Shown here one piece after another: positions 51,828-63,957 of a stretch of 64,000 bases of DNA. Position 1 is the first letter of the stretch; every line of letters begins with the position of its first letter. Made by a program: the position numbers and the translations under genes. The notes beneath the pieces are model-generated. The model had not been told where the DNA came from. It saw only the letters and a program-made list of their open reading frames with translations, and did no database searches. Source of the DNA: Yuukianura sp. NJ FZ-2021 (Eukaryota); contig CM102286.1 of assembly GCA_046563655.1 (NCBI GenBank), positions 10,044,001 to 10,108,000 of the forward strand. Direction: 5' to 3'.

Positions 51828-53277
51828 TAACAAAAACAAAATTAAAATGTTTTCATGTTAAACTAACGTTAAGTTTTTCTTTTTGAATATTTATTAAAAC
51901 CATTTTTCCGAGGACGGTTTGAATAGGCTGTTTCTAAACGACTTGTTACAGCAGGAATTCGGGGTGCACTTGCGCAGTACAATCCCACGTACAGGTTTCT
52001 TGTGAGAAAAATATTTTCGGATTTATTTTGATAATATATTTCATTCAAAGGCACGAAAAAATAAAAATAAAATGGCTCTACCTAAAATACCGCTTGGTGA
52101 ATGCGAATCCTAGACTGAATCGTAGACGTGATTGATTAGACAAATTTAGCCTATATATAGCATATGAACGAGGGTGTGGTGTGGTAGAGAGGAATTGGCA
52201 GTCGTGTATGAATTTACACTGTCGGCGATGATAAGCTGAAGTGTTTACTATAAAAAATCGGCCGTCGCAAGGCCATAGTTAGTTCGATGCGTTTGGAATA
52301 TTGAGTAACACCAAACTTTCGTCATGTTCGAAAGTTACTTTCGTGTTCTAAGCCACCGGAGGCGGTGTAAAACAAATAAAAATTGTTGGAGAAAAAAAAG
52401 AGAACGATTTGTCCTTGTAAAATGTTGTTCTTGTAACTTGCTTCATGATTTATTAGCATTGCTAGGATTTGAACAACTACTGCATGCATTTTCTAATATT
52501 TCCCGTCAATTTTAAGTTTAGAAACAAGAAGTGGCCAGGTTTTCAATCTTAAACGCATTTTCAATTTAAAATTGCCTTAAATTAAAATTAGTGATTGGAA
52601 AATACACACTTGATTGACATATAGGGTGTTTTGTGCATGCGACATAGGGTGAAACATGTGAAGATTACGAATGTTTCTGCAATTCAAACGAAGTTTCTGC
52701 ACCTCTACTTCATCCATTACTGAACTGATTTTTTTTATTTGTTGGAACCAGAATCAATTCATGGAGATTGAAAGCGATAAATTATGAAACGGTTGTAGCG
52801 ACTCGCTACAACTCGCTACTAGCGAGTGATGATTACAAAAAGATTTGAAAAGCAAGATTCGTCAATTCCTCCCCCTCCCTGCTGCCTCCTTGTCCCTGTT
52901 CTTCATTTATTATCATGCTCATGCATCGTCGTCACTTGGAGCCTCCGACTGTTGGAGTCGGACGTTCGGAGTCGGATCCGAGTCGAGGCCGAGCCGAGGG
53001 AAACAACTGCCTTTTGTTTCCTTTTTGTTTGTGGTAGAGTTTTAGTGGACATTTTATTTACTTTTTTTCTTGGTAGCTTTAATTATAAATCAACAAAGCG
53101 AAACATTAAATCCACAACTACGGAACAACGATCGCGCATACTTCGGAGTCCAACCTTTCGGTAATATCGAGTTTATTATTTAAATGCCCAAGAATTCCTA
53201 AGACGTTTGTATTCAAAATATTGCTTTCCACTATGTTGGATACGCAATTCCTGGTTCGTTCTGATTGAATTAACTGG

Positions 53278-53952
53278 GGTGGATTGGGGCAAGTTCCAAG
53301 CAGTGAAAATTTTCTTAGTTTTTTGGCCAAAATTTTCGGAAAATTTTTTCGTTATTTTCACGTTTCATGATGTTTCAAACGTTTTTGGAAGGTTTGGAGC
53401 AAAAAAAAAATTTTTGACCCCAAGGGTCCCCCCTTACCATTTTTTTCAAAATTTTGACTCAAAATTTTTCTAAGTCCGGAAGGTCAAGTGGGGATCCCTG
53501 ACAACCTCAAAAATGACCCCTATGAAAGTTGTTCAGTTTTGAAAGGGGAGCATTTTTTGTCCTATGAACTATGACCCTGTGACCACTCCCTGAGGTCAGA
53601 GGTCATCTCAAACATTTCCCACAGTTTTTCTTCGAGTTGACCTCTGACATCAGGGAGTGGTCACAGGCTCATAGTTCATAGGATAAAAAATGCTCCCTTC
53701 CAAACTGAACAACTTTCATAGGGGTCATTTTTGAAGTTGTCAGGGATCCCCACTTGATCTTCCGGACTTAGAAAAATTTTGAGTCAAAATTTTGAAAAAA
53801 ATGATAAAGGGTCAAAATTTTTTTTTTTTTGCTCCAAACGTTCCAAAAACGTTTGAAACATCATGAAACGTGAAAATAACGAAAAAAAATTTCTCCCAAA
53901 ATTTTGACCAAAAAACAAAATTGTCACTGCTTGGAACTTTGCCCCAATCAAT
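53278..53952. mobile_element. Large palindromic MITE/foldback upstream of the Frizzled CDS
   Basis: About 330-bp inverted arms (gattggggcaagttccaagcagtg.. / ..cactgcttggaactttgccccaatc) with a short spacer at ~53612-53633. Confidence 0.88.
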
Positions 53953-54269
53953 CCGTAAATAACTCCCTGTACTTCGTGGAATTGCCGTTGTTTCTTTTCC
54001 TGTATATTTCATAAAAATTGATGTCCCCATTGTTTATATTATCGTTCTGTTTATATTAACAGTCATTTATTTTTCTTTCTTACTAATTTTAGGTTCATGT
54101 TAAAGCGGAACGTTAACTATTATAAAATGGGGCGGAAATCCAGATGACTCACCCTTGACCTCAACCGAACCACAACCACAATCAACTAATCACGATATTT
54201 TATTCATATCCTTCATCTTCAACACAAAGCTTCATCCCTGAAAGCAAGAAAGTTTGGCCATCACAGAAA

Positions 54270-56721
54270 ATGACAAAGGCAGCGTTTTTCGTATCCATAT
54301 TTCTGCTCCATTCTGTGATCAACCTGGAAGCCAGAAACGTTGCCTCCGAATCCGAATTGGATTTTGGTCATCATGACCCGCATGCTAAGACGCAAGGACG
54401 ATGCGAAGCGGTTACAATCCCAATGTGCAGGGACATGCCATATAACGAGACTTACCTTCCAAATAATTTAGGTCACGCCACTCAGGAAGAAGCTGGATAC
54501 GAAGCACATCAGTACTATGCACTTGTTAAGGTCTGTATTTACTTAATCAAATCCACAAAATCCAAATTGAATGCGTTAACTTTCAAATTTAATTTGATTT
54601 CTTTGTCGCAGGTACAATGTAGTCCGGCTCTGAAAACGTTTCTTTGTGCCTTGTTTGCACCAGTGTGCAACATTCTACAACGAGTAAATGCCAAACATAA
54701 ATGAATCAGAGAGAATATACACTCTAACATTCTATATTTTTAAATGTGTGGCTTAATTTACGTTGCAACTTTTAGGCGCTTCCACCCTGTCGTTCACTGT
54801 GCCAAACAGCCAGATCAGGATGTGAACACGTTATGCTCACGTTTGGATTTGTTTGGCCTGAAATGTTCGAATGCAACAAATTCCCGCCGAATCACGACCT
54901 TTGTGTCAACGGTGACATTCCCCTTGGAACTGCATCTCCTGCATTTGACGGGTTACCGCCTGGCTCCAACGTTGCCATTGGATCGACCGGGGATACAAAC
55001 ACCAACTGGAAATTTCCGGGCAGCATTTTTCCTGTTCAGCCAAACAAGCCGTCAGTTCCTGTATCAGGTTAATTAAGCTAAAATTATCCATTGATTCTTT
55101 TTCATTTACATTTTTTAGTCTATAAGTTCGTGTAATTTTTTAAGTAGTGAAGGAGCTGAGGTGTCCTGCTGATTGGGAAGTTGCAGAACATTCGATTGCA
55201 GATGAGCTTCACGATTGCGGCATACCGTGCAAAACGTTTTCTACTGATGACAAGAAAATGGCTTCTTTAATCGTAGGGGCTATGGGAGTGCTGACGTTGA
55301 TTTCTTCAATGTTCACAATTATTACAGCTATTTTGGATCCAACACGGTTTCAGTATCCGGAGCGAGCAATAGTTCACATTGCTATTTGCTACGCACTGCT
55401 TGCAAGTGGTTACTTGGTTGCGGTAAAAAAAAATCTGAAAATGTTGAAATTATCAATTAATTTTTTTAATTTTTTTTTAAATTTAATTAATTTAATTCAA
55501 TTAATTCAGTTTTGAATACGATTTTTTTACTTTAGGTAATTTGGGGATCGGAAATCAACTGCCATGAAAAGTTTGTTGTGTTCGGACTAGTAAGCGCAAG
55601 TTGCAGTCTGCTTTTCATGTTTATATATTTTTGCACCATGGCCTCTCACTTTTGGTAAGTTCTTGCGAAAATGTGTAATAAGAAATACATTTCGATACAC
55701 TACCATTAGAATGTTTTAGCACAAATTAGTTTTTTTTATTAATGTTTTGTGTTTTCATTTATATTAGGTGGGTTTTGCTCTCAATGACGTGGTTTCTATC
55801 AGCGGGTTTAAAATGGGGCGGAGAGGCAATTGCAGCATATTCCCAATACTTCCATTTGACAGCATGGGGTGTTTCAGCATTCCTTGCAATGACCATCGTG
55901 GCCTTAGGATATGTGGAAGGCGATCCACTTTCCGGACCGTGTGCGCTGGGATTGCAGCGATCCCATGAACTCCAATACTTCATGTAAGGAGATTTACTTT
56001 GATGCGTATTTGACAGATTTTGACTTAATATGATGTTTGCTTGAAGGTTGTACCCCCTACTTGTGCTGCTCTCTATTGGTACGGTCTTTTTCATACTGGG
56101 ATTTCTCGCCCTTTTTCGAATTCGAAGAGAAATTAAGCGCTCTACGACAGTGGCATCTACGACTGGAATGATTGCACTAGGCGACGGACAGCGTTCGTTA
56201 CTTTGGGACCAACAGCAAAACGCCACTAATGCGGTTGTCAATGAAGGAGCAGCTCGTCTGGAGTTACTTATGGTAAGTGACCAAGAACTTTTAAATAAAT
56301 CAAATTTTATAATACATATAACTGCTGAGTATCACATTTTTTTTTTGAATCAGCGCCGAATCGGTGCATTCTCCATTTTGTACACTGCCCCATCGGCAGT
56401 TTTCATTGGCTCTTTGTTCTACCTCTCCACGCCAACCTCAAAATCTGGCGTTCTCAGCCCTATAATTGGCAGCCCACGTCGAAATACACAAATGTTGTTT
56501 TATGTTCTTCTCACCAGGTAGGTTGCGATGCTGCTATTTGATGTAATTCCTAACAGGTCCCTTAAGTGTCGTTTGTTGTAATTTAATCGAGTCCGTGTTT
56601 TTTATACTCCAGGTACATCTCAAATATGTTCTTCGGAGCCACTTTGTTTTTTTGGGTATGGAGCCTAAAGACTCTTTTTACGTGGAAAGCAGCGTGTTGT
56701 TCTCCACGACAGCGGCAGTAA
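54270..56721 (+). CDS. Frizzled-family Wnt receptor (divergent, ~9 exons)
   Basis: Signal peptide, CRD (CEAVTIPMC..YNET.LPN.LGH..QEEA...PPCRSLC), RFQYPER, TWFLSAGLKWG.EAI...SQYFH..AW, C-terminal WVWSLKTLFTW (KTxxxW). Confidence 0.93.
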
Positions 56722-57397
56722 TCACTGTCCTGACAAACGTCGAAGTGCCAGGTACTGATATTCCGACGGTGAACACTTTCTAAAGTTATGTCCAAACTTA
56801 AATACTACACCAGCACTACACAAGTTGTTAACAGTTGTAGTTTTAGTAACTATCTTGTAAACTCTGGCGTAAGTGTTAAAGTGTTGTAAAGGTTATGATA
56901 GTTGATTTAGAGACGTTTATTACCTAACGCCTGATTTTACACGATGTTTGAACTTGGATATTTCTTGTTGGAATTATTGTTACAGAATATAACTTAAAGT
57001 TAAACGGATGACTTATCTTCCTATTACGATATTTACCCTTCCTACGCGTCTTCCAGACTAACTTACAAACGATGTTGAAAAACGTTGGCTCTGTGGTACA
57101 AAAAAAAATCATGTTACTTAATACCAAATGTGTCTTAAAATAACGGTTTGTATGATGAGGGAGGTAAGGTAAGCCACTTCTGCCCCCGCAAATCTCGAGT
57201 TGCCCCAGGTATTTATGACATGATGGCAAGCAGTGCAGAATGTACTTTTGCCAGCCAAGTCAGAATGTTTTTTGCTTCGAATTGGCACGATGTCTTTTCG
57301 GCAGGATGCCAAAAGAGACATCGTGACAATTCGTAACATCATAATTTCGTATCCTGATTTTTTTGGTGTTTTGGTAAAACTGATGTCCTGAATTAAA

Positions 57398-57517
57398 AAA
57401 AAAATAATGTTCCCGGCCATGTAATGTTGAACCGTTTGAAAGCGTACAAAATTACGAGTCTTGTTGGTTAGGAAATTCGTTCAACATTACATGAGCGGGA
57501 ACATGGATTTTTTTTAT
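57398..57517. repeat. Short inverted repeat, probable MITE remnant
   Basis: atgttcccggccatgtaatgttgaac / gttcaacattacatgagcgggaacat. Confidence 0.55.
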
Positions 57518-57807
57518 TATTAAAGAGGTAGCTTTTTCTTGTTTGTGTAGGTCACCCTGCGGGATTCGAACCCGGGGATTTAACTACCTATATGATAAGG
57601 CTAAATAGCCTGCGAGCTAAACAACTCTTTAATACATTGGTATTGCAAATAATGTGATGTTACATTGCCAAAATTCGAAATGTAGCTAGGCTTGAAAACC
57701 TTATTCCTTAAGGTTAGTCTATTGTAGACTTACTAGTAATATTAATCGTACTCTAAACTCGGCCCTCAGTGATCTTTCTTAAGTCAAACTGAAAACAACT
57801 CTCTACA

Positions 57808-58070
57808 ATGCGGCTGAGGTACGTGTTTAATCACGAACACTACTACATTACTTTGAGGGACCAAATTGGGCACGGAATTCCTGGATTTCATGGGGTACGT
57901 CAGAGAGGTGGGGGTATTGGTTCTATCCTGTGCGGGATTGCGAAGTACGCTTTACCAATTATCATGAAGCGGATTATGCCTCCTGCAAATGAAGCAGCGG
58001 TTAAAACAATGAGTGGGATCAGTCAGTAAAGAACGCGTTGAAGGAAAACAGCATCGGTGTTACGATGTTA
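57808..58070 (+). pseudogene. Polinton small QxGxG core/membrane-active protein (adintovirus 'GasderminX'-type), copy 1
   Basis: YY...QIGHGIPGFHGVRQRGGGIGSILCGIAKYALP, frameshifting into VKNALKE. Confidence 0.75.
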
Positions 58071-58440
58071 ACACGTGGAGTTAGCGTTGCGCAGTGGACG
58101 CGTGTTGGGCCTATAACTAGTCGTTTGATGCCTCGTTTCTTTGACCTCACACCTCGAATGCCTGAACCCGTCTGATTCATAACATCCCTACCCATACTAT
58201 TAAGTGCTTCCCAGCCGTGCGATTTCAGAGATTCCTTGATGGGTCTTTTGTTCAAAATAAAGTCTGAGGCGACACCTCCTACGGCATCTGCCGCATGTGG
58301 CAGTACGTACTGCTTAAGAAACGGAAAAAGCCGACGTGCAATTGTACCAAAAACTCCTCCAAGACCAGCACCTGACGGGTCACGTAAATTAGAATAATTG
58401 ATTTGACCGAGACCAACATTATAAACATAATTTTGACATT
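58019..58440 (-). pseudogene. Polinton small QxGxG protein, copy 2 (convergent)
   Basis: In-frame GAGLGGVFGTIARRLFPFLKQYVLP...IKESLKSHG...NQTGSGIRGVRSKKR. The start codon is out of frame. Confidence 0.7.
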
Positions 58441-58614
58441 TTTTTTAATTTTTACTGTGCTTTTTTTAACCTTTTTGACTACGAACCCCACTAAAGTAGA
58501 TTGTGGTGGGGGAAAATCCACTACCAAATTGATTTTGTGAAAAAAATGAATCGACAGGAAAGTCTCCAGCACAATTGTAGCGGAGGGAGGCAGAGTGGTG
58601 TCCAGACGTTGACC

Positions 58615-59551
58615 TCATGTCTTCCGTTCGCGAAAGCGAAGTGTAGCCGTGAGGTTACCAAACTCAAATGGCATCCTCTCTCCCACCTCGTTCATTATAT
58701 ACAAATGAATAGTATCAAATTGTGAGACGGCCAGCTGCATGTAGTGTGCATGAGTGAATTCATGAGAGTGTTGTTTTCGAAATTTTCCCTCATAGTTGAC
58801 CACTCGAAGAATTGGTGCAAGAGCATCTCCAATGAATTGAGGTCGGATGAGGTTGCAGTAGACGAAAAGTTTGTTTGCCCAGCATTCAAAAGGACTGGAT
58901 ACGCTCCTTCGCCTTCGTATAGATAGAATCCATCTGCAGGTAGGGCTCCTCTGACGACTTGGTTCGCTGTCTGCAATTCTCCTCCACCCATCCCCAGAAT
59001 GTCGGCTACTTGTGCAGAAAACTTGATTGTAGTTCCCTCCTTCAAGGGTACTCGATACTTGAAGATGCTGGATTCGATTCGAAACTGAGAGTTGGGTAGC
59101 ATATCGTGCAGAAAACTCAACAGTTGAGTGTCAGTCATCAAACGTCGGTGTGTTTTGATTGGAATTTCCAAAACTTTTGGAGGTGAAAATGCACGCTGAT
59201 TAGCAGAGCGACGCTGTCTTTCTCGAAACGAAATGCTCTTGTCATTCATATCCAGTTCATGTACAGCAGCAGCGACTGTCTCTGCACCTGTTGGCGCGGC
59301 GACAAAAGATGGTGGTGGCAACTGGACCCGTTTCGTAAAAATTGTTGTTCCTGCTCCCACAAACGCATTTCCATAAGTGTAGCTCAAATGGTGAGGGCCA
59401 CCTCCCATTGATCTCCAGGCAGACTGATGGAACTTGCCAATTTATTCTTGAAATCGCAAATTAAATTGCCTGGAAAGTAGTCCATCGAAGCATTCGATTG
59501 AAGTGTTACGTAGAAAGAGTTGGACGTACTCGAACCAGTTGCAGTCATCAT
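58615..59551 (-). pseudogene. Polinton minor capsid (penton) protein, two frameshifts
   Basis: N-terminal FYVTLQSNASMDYFPGN...F.NKL...WEVAL; C-terminal LFVYCNLIRPQFIGD..APILRVV...Y.....FDTI...G..MPF..G....TLRFR. Confidence 0.85.
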
Positions 59552-61121
59552 ATTGCCGTCAACAAGCACGAATCCTTTTAAATGAAAGCACGAATCCATA
59601 AGAATGTGAGGCAGGAATCCTCAAAATTTGCTAGCACGAATCCTTTTAATCTAAATTAAACTTACCTTCAATTCAAATATTAGGCAAAGTTGAGTAAAAT
59701 TGCAAGCACGAACCCACAAGAATGGTTGGCACGAATCCTTTTTTTGTCCTTTTCAACTGGTGCGTGTTGATGCAAAAGAAGTGAGAGCAGGAATGATAAG
59801 CGTCGCTGAGCACGAATCCTTAAAAATGATCACGCTGGATCCTCCCCACACAACGTTCGGCTGCCCGATCAGCCCCTCTCGCGCGCGCGCGGAAGGGGGA
59901 CCTTACCTCCGACTCCACGTCTCCTTCAAAACTTTTCCCAACGACTGACGTTTCCTCCGCCTCCTCTTTGACTCTTGGTCCCTCCTTTTCGGAACACATC
60001 CTTTCCAGTTGGATTTCCTTTCCAGTAACGATTCCTGAAGCTGGAAAGAGGTTGATCCATTATAATGCCAAGTCGAATGATGACACAGCTAATGCGCTTG
60101 TCCAAATGACGAGGAGGAATGTCTACAGGAATGGATAATGGTCGAGAGCCTTTTACTAATCCTGGTGATTTGAGTTGCTTGCTCGCGGCTTGTCCTGAAG
60201 CTTTTACCAAGACTCTAACGATATCAGGAATTTCGGCTCGTTTTGACAACGTAATCATCAGAGGCGTTTCCAGAGGCGAAACAGAGTATCTGTGTGTGTC
60301 TTCATAGCTTCATAAAGCTTGAGGAGAGTGGGGTCATGAAATTTTGGTTTTTGATGCGATTCTCCAAGGAACTGCTCGCATAAAAGGTTTAAACTAATAT
60401 CCTGTGACCATGCCGGAGTGAGTTTATGTTAAGTCTAGCATTATTTCGCTCTTATTTATACTTGTTGAATCAAACGTTTGCGGTCTCCAAGGTTTAAGTG
60501 TTCAGGCTTAGACGCCAATCGTTGAATTCTTCCATTGTTCTAGAATGTTTTATTAGAGGCCTTTACTCCGAATTTTTGGAAACAAGTTCTTGTAAAAGTC
60601 AGTTAAAGAGTCTGACCTCCGCGGCACACGTCGGCTAAAGTTAATGTTACTTTACGACTGATTTAAAATAGCGAAGCTAGCTTTAGGACATATGTCGTTC
60701 TGGTTTCCCCCTACTCTCATCTCATGAACCCAAAAGTGGTCATGGGAATATTATTCCGGTGGATTAACTCATTCAGGGGCAAAAGTAAGGTTATGTCTCG
60801 GGAACATTAAAAATGAACTATACAAATGTAGTACGTCTCATCCAGAACTAATTTGACTAATACGAAGGCAAATAACCTGGGTGTGGGCGAGTTGGATGGT
60901 TCCTCGATTCGGTTCTAATAACTTATACATGATAAGAATTGTGGCGATTGGACTAGGTAAATTGAGTCTTTCTTTTTTTTTTAGAGTAAGAATGGAGTTT
61001 TTTTTTCAGAAGTAGGATTTAGTTTTTCGTAATGTCACTCGAACTAACGGAATAACATAGGAATTAGAGTATCTTAAAGTTACAACCTAATTTCAACAGA
61101 ATTCGGGTTAATATTAATAAA

Positions 61122-61585
61122 TTAGGCATCTGACCAAAGACTTCTGAATTGATCAACGTCATTTTTACTTTTAAAACTTAAAAATATATTTTGAAACAGA
61201 AATTGCTTATAGTTACCGACAATATCGAAATCTATCTTACCAGAATTTATATTATAAATAAATCTATTGTATAGAATATATATTGCACTAAAAATGAGAT
61301 AGTTTGCAAAATCATCATTACATCCAAAAGTCTTATCACGAACCTTATTCTTTGAATTTGATCTTTTTAATAATGAGTGAACATATTCCCACAATTTTTT
61401 GGTAGATATGCACACAATAAGGTGAGAACGCGAAGTCTTTGTTTGATGGCAGTATGGGCAACTGCCATCTGAAATTACGCCCATATATTTTGCAATGTCG
61501 AAAGAGATAATGGCATTATGCCAAAATCTCCAAATTAATGACTTAATATGAATGGGTGTCACCCGAAATGGTGGCATTTAGTCTG
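61122..61585 (-). mobile_element. Non-LTR retrotransposon (L1/Tx1-like) ORF2 C-terminal fragment
   Basis: zf-RVT-like IKSLIWRFWHNAI...CPYC.......SHLIVC......LW. Confidence 0.7.
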
Positions 61586-61587
61586 CA

Positions 61588-62398
61588 TGGTAGGGGTCTC
61601 TCCAGGAGCCTTACCTGATAGACGGCTGGTTCTTCCTTTTGTCCCCGAAGTCTGTCTGCCACCGAAGTAGCCGATGGCTCTGAGGTGCTACTGTAATCTG
61701 GATCACTATGGTAGGTCGAACTACTAGGTAAGCTTCCGGTGTACTGGACTGACGGACAACAGTTAATAGGTAAGAGAACTGGTCATCTACCGAGCAACGG
61801 AATACTCTTACCAGTAAAAGGGAATAAGGTAATCTGACACAATAGGATTGGTTGAATAACTTCTGTTTATTGTATGTAAACTCCCTATTCCAAGGGGATA
61901 GTTCACCGTGATATTGTTCTAGAGTCGGAGTTCCGGACAACGGAACTCCGACCCCTTAAAGACTCTCTGTCTGGGCTTATTGTCCGAAGAACATATTGTT
62001 TATAGAATTAACTGCTAACTAAATAGTAAAGGGTTAACCCTTAAGGATTGACTCCTTAATTATGTCTACTGATCAAATCAGACTGACTAATTATGACTGT
62101 CTCAGCTAACTGGCTGACCGATTAATACTGACTTAACTAAAGTGAATACAAGCTACTTTAAAGATAAGATGACGCACAAGCTCACAAGAGCGTGCGTCAT
62201 TGACTTAGATATGTCTACGTGTATTCACGTGTTAGAACTATGTTACTGCCACGTAAGCTAGAATTATGAATCATGCACACCTGCTAAGTTTAGGTTACTG
62301 CGACTTACTTATATTACGACTTAACTTACGTCTTACGGTTACGAGTCATCATGTGCGCAGAACATTGTGAGTGAGATGACCCTGTCACAACGCTCACA
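61588..62398 (-). mobile_element. 3' LTR of an env-bearing LTR element (left boundary approximate)
   Basis: Minus strand reads PPT GAGGGGAGTA (62408-62399), then TGTGAG..., TATAAA at ~62003 and AATAAA at ~61870. Abuts the L1 fragment. Confidence 0.65.
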
Positions 62399-62901
62399 TA
62401 CTCCCCTCACCACGGTGAAATTCCTGTCAAGGAATTTGAATAGTTTTCGCAAAACTAGATAGTTACTCATTTTCGACATTTTGTATTTTTCTTTTTGATT
62501 TTTTCTTAAATGATAAGAACATAATTTCTATCTTTCAAATAATTTTTTATATAGACTTAAATATTTATAAGCATCTATTTTCATATTCAAGATATTAATT
62601 AAATGTTAGTTTACAACTATATAAATTGTATGCATACAAATAAGTAATATGTTTCTTCTATTTTTTTTTCATTTTATATTGTATTATTTATTATTTTTTT
62701 CTTTGTATTTTTACTGAATGAAATGTAAATTAAAATATATACTTTTTTGTTTTGATTTTTTGAGTTTTTTTATATATTTTTTCTGTTTTCGTTAATTTTT
62801 GTAAAATTTTTTAGTTTGGCTTTTAGTTATGAGGAAAAAATTATGCAATATTTTTCGCTAACTTATGCTATATCATTCATACTTGTATGGTTCTAGTATT
62901 T

Positions 62902-63957
62902 TTACTCGGTAGGGTTGCACATATCAACCATCACTCCCAACAAGTTAACGTTTTTGTTTTTTGTTAGCAGTTCTAAGTTTGCCAATTCTTCAAATTCGGT
63001 ATTCAAAGGTGTATACTCAGAATGAGCATACAACTCTGGATCAGTTTTGTTTGTCGTTAGAATCATTTTCAAAAAGCCAATCTTTTTTCCACATGGAAAT
63101 GGTTGATAAGTTGTAACAATTGTTACTTCCAAATTTGGGCATCTTATCATATCTCTTGCGATCAAACATGATTGGTTATGGTAGTGATGTCTATTGCATG
63201 GAGGATCTGCTTCGTAGGATTTAAATCTGTCTCCCCAAACAATCACTGAATTCGTTAATTCGCAAAATTCCGTTTTTAAATCGCAAGGAGCAATAGTTGA
63301 TCTGTCTTTTACCTCAATGAGCTTGTTCTCATTGACCGTCAAATTGTGAATCTTAATATAATAGTTTGTAACATTATCGTAAATAGTTTTGGGCCAAGCA
63401 AACCAAGTATATGGGTATTTGGTGGTCCCAAAAAATGTATCACTAAGCCTAGCAAGTGGAATATTGGTGGGATCTTTGTAAGATGTTACTAGGTTTTGGC
63501 ATTCTTTTACTGTCATTGTCTGCCAAATTGACTGGTAATGATGATTTTTTGGTCCAAAGAAATAAAAAGTTCGATATTCGTAGATCTCAAGCTTAAGGCA
63601 TTCGAAAGCAATGTAGTTTTTGTGTAAGGGTATTGACGTTATGATGTCAGTCCCAATTACTGCTTGAAGACCCCTAACGTTATTACATTGGGGGTTGTCG
63701 TAGGTGTTTTTGTACAATGTACCAAGAGTCCAATGTGTTAATTGGTTCGAATTATTTAATGGATATTTATTTACGGATAGTCTTTCCATCTCGGCATCGA
63801 GAAGATCTTCGAGTAGTTCTCGGAATTTGTCTTTGGTTTCGGTTTTGTTGATAATTGAGACCAGTTGTTGATCGTTGATCGAAATGATCTCTGGTTTGGC
63901 ATACTGAAGAATGTAGATAGTAGTTAGAAGTAGGATGAGTTCCACGTAGTAAGTCAT
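62902..63957 (-). CDS. Env-position glycoprotein resembling a class III viral fusogen (rhabdovirus G-like), no TM anchor
   Basis: Intact 351-aa ORF with a signal peptide and multiple N-X-S/T sequons. AFECLK...TFYFFGPK...MTVKECQ and C......C....SVIVW parallel the VSV-G fusion/PH domain pattern. Lies upstream of PPT+LTR. Confidence 0.7.
   Translation of the reverse strand: MTYYVELILLLTTIYILQYAKPEIISINDQQLVSIINKTETKDKFRELLEDLLDAEMERLSVNKYPLNNSNQLTHWTLGTLYKNTYDNPQCNNVRGLQAVIGTDIITSIPLHKNYIAFECLKLEIYEYRTFYFFGPKNHHYQSIWQTMTVKECQNLVTSYKDPTNIPLARLSDTFFGTTKYPYTWFAWPKTIYDNVTNYYIKIHNLTVNENKLIEVKDRSTIAPCDLKTEFCELTNSVIVWGDRFKSYEADPPCNRHHYHNQSCLIARDMIRCPNLEVTIVTTYQPFPCGKKIGFLKMILTTNKTDPELYAHSEYTPLNTEFEELANLELLTKNKNVNLLGVMVDMCNPTE

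Noticed and set aside
57550..57622. tRNA-like sequence on the minus strand (GGTTCGAATCCC)
   Set aside because: Only the B-box/T-arm is convincing; probably a SINE head remnant.
59926..60258. ORF ending ...SRWEKF as a Polinton conserved gene
   Set aside because: Plausible by position, but the motif evidence is too weak to call.
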